Part shown: positions 56,839 to 64,000 of the stretch, piece by piece
Layout: every line of letters starts with the position of its first letter
Position numbering within the stretch: the first letter of the stretch is position 1
IMG/VR virus record: IMGVR_UViG_3300034112_000721
Coordinates: 48,532 to 112,531 of that record
DNA length: 64,000 nt
Reading direction: 5' to 3' (one strand)
Source of the DNA: a virus
Position numbers and translations under genes: made by a program
Notes under the pieces: model-generated
Databases searched by the model: none
Told to the model about the DNA's origin: nothing
The model's input: the letters and a program-made list of their open reading frames with translations, nothing else

Positions 56839-57863
56839 TAGATAATTGTGTTGCCTTCTATTTTGTAATTATTTACAGACACTAAATTATCAATTTTTGT
56901 TAGAATGGCAAACCCATGGTTCCATTCATTTATCTCCATATAGTCTGGAGCTAGTTCACATAGACACCCAAGGCTATAGGCATTAATTGTTGTAGGTTCA
57001 CCAGTTCCATAAACTCTTTGTGAGCTTTGAGAACTTTTGTGAAAGTGATTAATAATACAATTTGTTTTAAGCCTTAGTAATGCAGTTCTAGCAGGTACAA
57101 CACCACCAGCTCCAGGAATTTTATCACCATGCTCTATAAGAAAATCTCCAAAGATTACTTTAGTTCTAAATGGGATATATTCTATTTTATATTCTGCTAC
57201 ATGTAGGATTACATCTAGTCTGAATTCATCCATGTCAAGTAACTCAGATGCTTTTATTCTAAGATACCTTTCAAACCTGTTTTCATGATTACCAGGTATA
57301 AAATAAATAGGAATGCCTGGGAATCTTGAGCGCATATACTCAAAGAACTGCTTACCTGCTTCTATTTCATTTTTAAAATGAACCTTTCTAGGATCTTTCT
57401 CATGAAAAGAAAGCTGATAGAAGTCAAGTAGATCTCCATTGATTAGAATGCTATCTACACCTTCTGCTTCCATTTTGTCACATGCAGTTTCTATTGCATC
57501 TTCATCATGATAGGGAATATGTAGATCACCAATTACACCTAGCTTCTTACAGCCTGTAGGAAATGTAAATGTTCCCCTTTTTTGTGTAAGAGAAGATGGT
57601 AGTGATACAAAATTATTCATAACTTTAACTTTAAGTTCTTGTTTAAATTCTTTGGTTCTTAATGCTTTTCTATTATTACTCCCCATTTGACCTCTGTAGT
57701 ATCTTACTCTGAGATAAACTTGTTCAAGATCAGTAAAGAATCCTGCATTTTCATCATAGATTTTACGTGATATAGTTTTACTAGGAGAATTGGGAAATTT
57801 TTCAAGATATTCTAAAACAATTTTAGTATTCTCTTTAAAGCTGTTTTTTAGATTTTTACTCAT
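56838..57863 (-). CDS. Calcineurin-like metallophosphoesterase
   Basis: GDLH, GD..D, GNHE, HGD and H.H motifs. Confidence 0.85.
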   Translation of the reverse strand: MSKNLKNSFKENTKIVLEYLEKFPNSPSKTISRKIYDENAGFFTDLEQVYLRVRYYRGQMGSNNRKALRTKEFKQELKVKVMNNFVSLPSSLTQKRGTFTFPTGCKKLGVIGDLHIPYHDEDAIETACDKMEAEGVDSILINGDLLDFYQLSFHEKDPRKVHFKNEIEAGKQFFEYMRSRFPGIPIYFIPGNHENRFERYLRIKASELLDMDEFRLDVILHVAEYKIEYIPFRTKVIFGDFLIEHGDKIPGAGGVVPARTALLRLKTNCIINHFHKSSQSSQRVYGTGEPTTINAYSLGCLCELAPDYMEINEWNHGFAILTKIDNLVSVNNYKIEGNTII

Positions 57864-57895
57864 GAGTACATAATAATATAATAAAAATATACGAT

Positions 57896-58270
57896 ATGTT
57901 TAGCTTCAAACTTATTAAAAAGAATGGTAAGTTAGTGTATATTAATGAAAGCACAAAGATTTCTTATCAATTGTTTCTTGATAAACTTCAAGAAGGTCAG
58001 GAGGTTGAAGTCTTTATGGGACTGACTTCAGATACAGGTAGTTTAGCACAATTAGCTAAGGTACATGCCTGTATTAGAGAATTAGCCAAGGAATCTGGCT
58101 ATACATTTGAAGAAATGAAATTTATAGTTAAAAAACATTCTGGACTCTGCTATGATGCAGGAGATGCAGAATATTGTAAGTCTTTTAAAGACTGTAGTAA
58201 AGATGAATTAGCAATGGCAATAGAATCTGCTATTGAACTTGGTAGAGATTTAAATATTAACCTTGCTTAG
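57896..58270 (+). CDS. NinB-like recombination protein
   Basis: S.AQ....H..I.ELA..SG.T..EMK...S...CS..E pattern. Confidence 0.55.
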   Translation: MFSFKLIKKNGKLVYINESTKISYQLFLDKLQEGQEVEVFMGLTSDTGSLAQLAKVHACIRELAKESGYTFEEMKFIVKKHSGLCYDAGDAEYCKSFKDCSKDELAMAIESAIELGRDLNINLA

Positions 58271-58574
58271 GTTCTACATAACCTGGATCATCAGGTTCTA
58301 GAACTTCCTTCTCGTCATATAGATTAGGATTCTCTTGAACTTGTTTTTCTATTTCAGATAGTAAAAGTGTAATTGTATAAAATGCTCTTTCAAAGTCACC
58401 GAGCTCTTGATATTGTTTAGTTAAAATGTGTTGTACACTTTCTTCTTGACTCTTACCATCAATAAGATGCTTGAAGATTGTATATAATGCATCTTTGGAC
58501 ATTAGATAGAAGTTCTTATTGACCTTAATATCAATTAGTGCATTATCTTTTATTTCTTTTACTTTTACTGGCAT
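58257..58574 (-). CDS. Hypothetical protein
   Basis: Likely start MPVKVKE at 58574, with TATATTTG 16 nt upstream. Confidence 0.6.
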   Translation of the reverse strand: MPVKVKEIKDNALIDIKVNKNFYLMSKDALYTIFKHLIDGKSQEESVQHILTKQYQELGDFERAFYTITLLLSEIEKQVQENPNLYDEKEVLEPDDPGYVEPKQG

Positions 58575-58604
58575 GCTAAATTGTTTTAACAAATATAATA
58601 AATA

Positions 58605-59306
58605 ATGATAATAGAAGAGTATAAACAAAAAATATTTGAGATGTTGGAACCAAGTGGTTGGGGTAAGGTTCTTAAACCTTATATATTTAGTATTGAATTT
58701 GAAAACATACTTACAAGTTTATATGACTTAAGTAATGCAAACAAAAGATTTACACCGCCACTAAAAGATGCATTTAATGCATTTTTAGAGTGTCCCTATA
58801 ATGAATTAAAACTAGTAATAGTTGGTCAAGATCCTTATCCACAGTTGGGAGTTGCCGATGGTATTGCTTTTAGTTGTAGTAATACAGGAGTTCTACAGCC
58901 CAGTTTAAGATATATGTTTAATGAAATCAATAAAACTATTTATGGTGGCACTACTCTTTGTACTGATGTTGACTTGAGAAGATGGTCTAACCAAGGAGTT
59001 CTGATGCTTAATACATCTTTGACAACTCAAGTTGAGAAGATTGGTCAGCACTATGATATCTGGAAAGGATTTGTTTCATATTTATTTGACTATCTGGATC
59101 ACAATAAAAAAGATCTTGTGTATCTTTACATGGGAAAGAAAGCTCAAGAATGGGCAGACTTTGTTGGTGATAATAATCACAAGATATTTACAAGTCATCC
59201 GGCAAGTGCAGCATATAACAAACAAAAAGAATGGAATTCAGATAATGCATTCTTAAAGGCACAATATGCTGTTGCAGAGAGAACTGGATTTATAATTAGT
59301 TGGTAG
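58605..59306 (+). CDS. ung: Uracil-DNA glycosylase, family 1
   Basis: VIVGQDPYP, G.AFS, PSL, W..QGVLMLN..LT and SHP motifs. Confidence 0.92.
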   Translation: MIIEEYKQKIFEMLEPSGWGKVLKPYIFSIEFENILTSLYDLSNANKRFTPPLKDAFNAFLECPYNELKLVIVGQDPYPQLGVADGIAFSCSNTGVLQPSLRYMFNEINKTIYGGTTLCTDVDLRRWSNQGVLMLNTSLTTQVEKIGQHYDIWKGFVSYLFDYLDHNKKDLVYLYMGKKAQEWADFVGDNNHKIFTSHPASAAYNKQKEWNSDNAFLKAQYAVAERTGFIISW

Positions 59307-59307
59307 T

Positions 59308-59895
59308 ATGGAAGATATATTTTTAAGATTTATTGGCGAGGGTATAACGCCAAATAGTTACTATATATTACATTGTATAAAGAGCAGCATGATACCATGC
59401 TCTTATGTAAGTAAAGAGCTTGAGGTTAATAGATTAATTTCTGATGGTTGGTTGAATGAAGACTTGACATTAACAGATAAAAGTATTATCTTTACTACTG
59501 AGATTGACGGATACTTTAAGAAGTCAAAGAAGAAAACATCTAAAACTTTATTGGGAGATAACTTTGAGGACAATGTGAAGAAATATTCAGAAACATTTCC
59601 AAGTATAAAACTTGCCAGTGGTAAGTATGCAAGATCTAATCCAAAGAATTTAGAAAATGCATTTAGATGGTTCTTTGAAACTTATGATTACAGTTGGGAT
59701 ACAGTTTTATTGGCAGCAAAGAAATATGTTTTGGAGTACAGAGAGATTAGTTATCAATACATGAGAACATCTCAATATTTTATTAGAAAACAAAGCAGTG
59801 ATAAAACATGGGACTCAGACTTGGCTGATTATTGTGAGATGATTTTAAATAAACCAGATGATGAGATAATATTTATTAAAGAGAGATTATTTTGA
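59308..59895 (+). CDS. Putative replication initiator / helicase loader
   Basis: N-terminal wHTH-like region plus F...FP...Y C-terminal domain; upstream of DnaB. Confidence 0.5.
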   Translation: MEDIFLRFIGEGITPNSYYILHCIKSSMIPCSYVSKELEVNRLISDGWLNEDLTLTDKSIIFTTEIDGYFKKSKKKTSKTLLGDNFEDNVKKYSETFPSIKLASGKYARSNPKNLENAFRWFFETYDYSWDTVLLAAKKYVLEYREISYQYMRTSQYFIRKQSSDKTWDSDLADYCEMILNKPDDEIIFIKERLF

Positions 59896-60089
59896 TTGTA
59901 GTAAACATACATAAGCTATTTATTGGTTTAATTGGTAGTATTTTACTATACCTGATTATCAATAGATTTATAGTAGAAGTAAGTGTCACACAGTATATTG
60001 TGATTGAGGTACTTATCACAGTTTCCCATTGGTTATATGTTCAATTAGAGCGTTATATGGATGATGGGGATAGTGAATTTAGAGCATAA
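59892..60089 (+). CDS. Small membrane protein
   Basis: Hydrophobic; overlapping start. Confidence 0.5.
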   Translation: MIVVNIHKLFIGLIGSILLYLIINRFIVEVSVTQYIVIEVLITVSHWLYVQLERYMDDGDSEFRA

Positions 60090-60100
60090 TCCGTAAACAT

Positions 60101-61072
60101 ATGTATAATAATGCTAGGGCATTAAAGCCCGTGAGTGAAAGAGATGCTCTTAAAAAGGCTCTCTATAAAATAAAAGCTAGACACAATGGTGAATTAAAAT
60201 CATTGAAGACAGCTTGGGTAAATTTTAATGATGCTTTTTGTGATGGGTTGGAGTGGAGGACTATCACAGTTGTTGGTGCTAGGCCTGGTACTGGTAAGAC
60301 TTTATTTATGGAACAATTGGTTAATGATGTCATAAAGATGAATCCTGACCAAAAGTTTAGAGTATTAAAGTTTCAGTTTGAGATGTTGGATGAAACAAAT
60401 GGTATCAGAAAATTGTCTATGAATGTTGGTTCTGATTACAATACTCTGATGAGTAAGGGTAAGCCTATTGACAAAGGTATTTTCCAGAAGTGTGTGCAGT
60501 TTTATGAAGATACTGCAAGTTATGATATGGTAGATGTAGTGTATGATCCATGTACAGTGGAAGAGATGTGTGCTACCATTCATGCTTATATGTTAGAAAA
60601 TAAAACAGATGAGGGATTTACAAATACTTTGGTCACTATAGATCACTCAGCTTTATTTAAAACTGGTGGAAAGTATAAAGATAAGTTTGAGATGTTATAT
60701 GGTCTAGGTGAGGCTCTTACAGAAATGAAGAAGAAGTTTCCTGTGGCATTCTTAGTGTTAAGTCAGCTCAACAGAAATGTTGAAACACCTGAGAGAGCAA
60801 AGGATGGTACTTATGGAAACTATATTCTGGATTCTGATTTATATGGTTCTGATGCTTTATTACAACATGCTGATGTTGTTCTGGGAATAAACCGCCCTTA
60901 TAATAGAAAGATTAAGTTTTATGGTCCGGAGAGATATATTATAAACAATCCAGATCTATTAGTATTTCACATACTTAAATCCAGAAATGGTTTTATGGGT
61001 ATGACATTCTTTAAACTTGATAGAGTTATTATGAGGATAGTAGAAGTAGACCCGCCACCAACAGCATCATAA
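60101..61072 (+). CDS. dnaB: Replicative DnaB-like helicase (ATPase domain)
   Basis: GARPGTGKT, FEM, IDH, LSQLNR, GSD.L.Q.AD and K.RNG motifs. Confidence 0.92.
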   Translation: MYNNARALKPVSERDALKKALYKIKARHNGELKSLKTAWVNFNDAFCDGLEWRTITVVGARPGTGKTLFMEQLVNDVIKMNPDQKFRVLKFQFEMLDETNGIRKLSMNVGSDYNTLMSKGKPIDKGIFQKCVQFYEDTASYDMVDVVYDPCTVEEMCATIHAYMLENKTDEGFTNTLVTIDHSALFKTGGKYKDKFEMLYGLGEALTEMKKKFPVAFLVLSQLNRNVETPERAKDGTYGNYILDSDLYGSDALLQHADVVLGINRPYNRKIKFYGPERYIINNPDLLVFHILKSRNGFMGMTFFKLDRVIMRIVEVDPPPTAS

Positions 61073-61086
61073 TTTAAACTAAAAAT

Positions 61087-61662
61087 ATGTATACAAGAAG
61101 AGAAAAAGAAAAAGAGATGATGGAACATCACCTTGATTACTTACAAAATCTAAAAACAGCTTATCAGTTTACTGTTAAAACTGCATTCTTTAGCAAGGGT
61201 AAAGTTGGTAGAAACATACAGCTGTTTGAGAATGAACTTAGTAGGGGTTCTGATATTTATATTGAACTAGTAGACTTTCTCAGAGATCCAAGTGGAGTGG
61301 AGATAGATATGGTACCAATGTATGAAGAAAGACCACTATTTAAGTACAGATATAATCCTTATTTTAGTGAAGAATATGAAACTAAAACGGGTACAAGCTC
61401 AAGAGGTGAGGAATATATCACATATGTTATACCTGCTTCTGAGTTAGTTTATGTTACTAGAGATGGGAGTGAAATGCCATACAATCAGTATGATAAGTAT
61501 AGGCTTGAAGAACCAAAGAAACAAACTAAACTCAGTGTTTTTCCAGACTTTGAGCAGGAATTCCTTCCCAAAATAAAGCAGGAAAGTAATGAGGTAAGTT
61601 CTATTTTATTAGAAATTGCAAGTGGATTTCAAAAACTTGCAGAAGCATTAAAAGAAAAATAA
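61087..61662 (+). CDS. Hypothetical protein
   Basis: ORF track. Confidence 0.65.
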   Translation: MYTRREKEKEMMEHHLDYLQNLKTAYQFTVKTAFFSKGKVGRNIQLFENELSRGSDIYIELVDFLRDPSGVEIDMVPMYEERPLFKYRYNPYFSEEYETKTGTSSRGEEYITYVIPASELVYVTRDGSEMPYNQYDKYRLEEPKKQTKLSVFPDFEQEFLPKIKQESNEVSSILLEIASGFQKLAEALKEK

Positions 61663-61663
61663 T

Positions 61664-62383
61664 ATGAGTATAGTACTTCCAACAAAGAAAGTAAAAGCTG
61701 ATAGAGTTAATCCCAAAAGATTGATTGTCTATTCTAAGCCTAAAACTGGTAAGACAACTGCATTTGCAGGTCTTGATGATAATTTGATTATTGACTTAGA
61801 GAATGGTGCAGACTATGTAGAAGCCCTAAAAGTCAAGGCAAATAATCTGCAGGAATTGAAAGAAGTTGGTAAAGCAATTAAAGAAGCTAACTATCCGTAC
61901 AAGTATGTTACAATTGATACTGTAACTGCTTTGGAGGACATGGTTATGCCACTTGCAATTAACCTTTACCAAAAGACACCAATGGGTAAGAATTATTCTG
62001 GAGATAGTATTCTAACCTTACCAAATGGTGCTGGCTATCTATATATTAGACAAGCATTCTTTCAGGTTTTAGATTTTATTGATACATTAGCACCCCATAT
62101 TATTCTATCTGGTCACATTAAAGACAAGCAGGTAGATGATAAAGGTGAGATGGTATTATCTGCAAATATAGATTTGACGGGTAAGATAAAATCTCTAATC
62201 TGCGCTAATGCAGATGCAATAGGTTATATGTACAGAAAGGGTAATGAAACTATTATTAGCTTTAAAACTAATGAAGAAGTTACTTGTGGTGCAAGACCTG
62301 AGCACTTAAGAAATGAAGAGATAGTAGTTTCTGAAATGAAAAATGGTGAGATAATAACTCACTGGGATAAAGTATATAAATAA
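61664..62383 (+). CDS. AAA_24 / Sak4-like ATPase recombinase
   Basis: YSKPKTGKTT, IDLENG, IDTVT and GAGY motifs. Confidence 0.8.
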   Translation: MSIVLPTKKVKADRVNPKRLIVYSKPKTGKTTAFAGLDDNLIIDLENGADYVEALKVKANNLQELKEVGKAIKEANYPYKYVTIDTVTALEDMVMPLAINLYQKTPMGKNYSGDSILTLPNGAGYLYIRQAFFQVLDFIDTLAPHIILSGHIKDKQVDDKGEMVLSANIDLTGKIKSLICANADAIGYMYRKGNETIISFKTNEEVTCGARPEHLRNEEIVVSEMKNGEIITHWDKVYK

Positions 62384-62397
62384 TAAATAATAACAAA

Positions 62398-63087
62398 ATG
62401 GGATTAAGCACAAAAGATCTAGTAAGTGAAAACACGGGTGGTGGGATGGCAAAAACAATTGCACCAGGAAACCACACACTAAAAATTAATAGTATTGTAT
62501 TGGAGAACTTTCAATTTATTGATGGTGCCAAGCATTTAATACTTAATGTTGAAACAGAACCAATTGAGGGGTTTGAAGGCTTTTATATTGACAAAGATGA
62601 TGAAAGCAAGGGTAGATATGCTGGACAGATTGGTAGGGTAAAAGCTAGTCAATATGCATTTGCTGATGGTGTAACTAAGTCTGGAATTAAAATTCAGAGA
62701 GATAGATCTCTAATGATGTTCTTGGCTAACTTATCTAAGGCAACGGGTATTATGAAATGGTTTGAGGAGCAGGATAATAAGTTTAATACTATTGAAGAAT
62801 TTGTAAGAAACTTTAGTGATAATGCTCCACTTAAAGATAAGTATTTAGATTTCTGTATTGCTGGTAAGGAATATGAAAACAAGTCTGGTTATACTGCCTA
62901 TGACATGTGGTTACCAAAAGCAGAAAATAATAAATATGCTTATGCTGAAATGAGTGCAGATAAAGTACTTCAGTATGATGAAACTAAACATCTTAAAAAA
63001 CTTGAAGTAAAGCCAGTAGAAAACTTTGGTGATGATGATGAATTCTCAGCACCATCTAGGGGTTCTTCTGATTTCAGTTTAGATTAA
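62398..63087 (+). CDS. Putative single-stranded DNA-binding protein
   Basis: Follows the Sak4-like gene; PG.H..KI beta pattern; acidic/aromatic C-terminal tail. Confidence 0.55.
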   Translation: MGLSTKDLVSENTGGGMAKTIAPGNHTLKINSIVLENFQFIDGAKHLILNVETEPIEGFEGFYIDKDDESKGRYAGQIGRVKASQYAFADGVTKSGIKIQRDRSLMMFLANLSKATGIMKWFEEQDNKFNTIEEFVRNFSDNAPLKDKYLDFCIAGKEYENKSGYTAYDMWLPKAENNKYAYAEMSADKVLQYDETKHLKKLEVKPVENFGDDDEFSAPSRGSSDFSLD

Positions 63088-63094
63088 CAGCTCT

Positions 63095-63131
63095 TGTATA
63101 CAGGGGAGTTAATCTAGCTCCCCTTATACAT
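63095..63131 (+). terminator. Hairpin/terminator
   Basis: TGTATA.AGGGGAGTT...AGCTCCCCT.TATACA inverted repeat. Confidence 0.65.
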
Positions 63132-63146
63132 TTAAATTGGGTTGCT

Positions 63147-64000
63147 ATGATTTCTACAAAGAATTTAATATATGATTTAGCTGATGTCCCAAGAGAGTGG
63201 GTATTTGAACACTATCTAAACCTTACTGAAAAACTTACAGGTCAGGATATTAAAATAAAGTCTGTATTTAATACACGGGAGAAAACACCTTCTATGTGTA
63301 TTTATATTGACAGAAATAATATTTATAAGTTTAAAGATTTTTCTTCAGGTAATGGTGGTGATGCAATTAGTCTTGTCCAAAATTTATTTAATTTACCTAC
63401 TAGAGGTTCTGCAAGTTATAAGATTATTGAAGACTATAACCAATATGTTCTAAACAATGGTTATAATCCTATTAAATCTTACAAACAGCACAGTAAGTTT
63501 AAAGTTACTGATTATGAAATGCGGCACTGGAATACTCTTGATCAAAAATATTGGATGGGATTTCACATTGGTTCTAGATTGTTGTCTAGATATAATGTTG
63601 TTCCACTAGAATATTATGTGATGACAAAGACAGATGAAAATGATGTTGTGTCAAGCATAACTATCAGGGGTAACTATATCTATGGGTATTTTAGAGAAGA
63701 CGGGACACTCTATAAGATCTATCAGCCAAAGGTTAAAGAAAGTAAATTTATCAAGGTAAGAGATTATATACAGGGTACGGAACAATTAGTATTTGATAAA
63801 CCTTATTTGATAATTACATCTTCCCTTAAAGATCTGATGGCATATCAAAAACTAAAGATTAGTAATTCAGAAGTAATTGCACCAGACAGTGAGAATACTA
63901 TGATACCTGAGAACATAATGAATAGCATTAGTTCTAAGTATCAAAAAGTATGTGTGTTGTTTGATAATGATGAGGCTGGTATAAAAGCTGCTGAGAAGTA
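63147..64000 (+). CDS. DNA primase, truncated at the window edge
   Basis: Hand translation MISTKNL...EKTPSM...FKDFSSG.GGD...ITSSLKD.M...APDSE...LFDNDEAG (Toprim DxD). Confidence 0.85.
   Translation, partial: MISTKNLIYDLADVPREWVFEHYLNLTEKLTGQDIKIKSVFNTREKTPSMCIYIDRNNIYKFKDFSSGNGGDAISLVQNLFNLPTRGSASYKIIEDYNQYVLNNGYNPIKSYKQHSKFKVTDYEMRHWNTLDQKYWMGFHIGSRLLSRYNVVPLEYYVMTKTDENDVVSSITIRGNYIYGYFREDGTLYKIYQPKVKESKFIKVRDYIQGTEQLVFDKPYLIITSSLKDLMAYQKLKISNSEVIAPDSENTMIPENIMNSISSKYQKVCVLFDNDEAGIKAAEK

Noticed and set aside
1-64000. Stop-codon reassignment, as seen in some crAss-like phages
   Set aside because: Long genes are intact in the standard code, TAG and TGA end tightly packed genes, and the only tRNA seen is Arg, not a suppressor.

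Overview
This is an AT-rich 64-kb segment of a crAss-like (Crassvirales-type) tailed phage genome, probably infecting an environmental Bacteroidota host. The host call rests on SD-less A-rich start regions, TAnnTTTG-like promoters and lipobox proteins. It reads in the standard genetic code. The left 43.7 kb (minus strand) is the late module: accessory genes, fibre/decoration proteins, a lysis cassette (u-spanin-like, holin, amidase), IHF-like proteins, terminase, portal, scaffold, major capsid protein, about 11 small Lys-rich proteins, ferritin, very Cys-rich virion proteins, tail ring/muzzle proteins and a truncated multi-domain putative cargo protein. The right 20 kb (mostly plus strand) is the early/replication module: tRNA-Arg(TCT), HNH, ParB-like, SF2 helicase, ClpS, spore-photoproduct-lyase-like radical SAM, metallophosphoesterase, UDG, DnaB, Sak4-like ATPase, putative SSB and a truncated primase. 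Three signals stand out. (1) At the divergence point, nine hairpin + TACTTCTTYYTAC cassettes each precede a micro-ORF or an ORF-less structured RNA; two of these RNAs share the 10-mer CAAGGAATGT. (2) A recurring xxGG motif separates enzyme domains in the cargo protein and recurs in the small basic proteins, suggesting a di-Gly processing or packaging system. (3) Small basic proteins, SP lyase and ferritin may together form a spore-like DNA-protection set. All product calls come from motif recognition and gene order; no searches were run.
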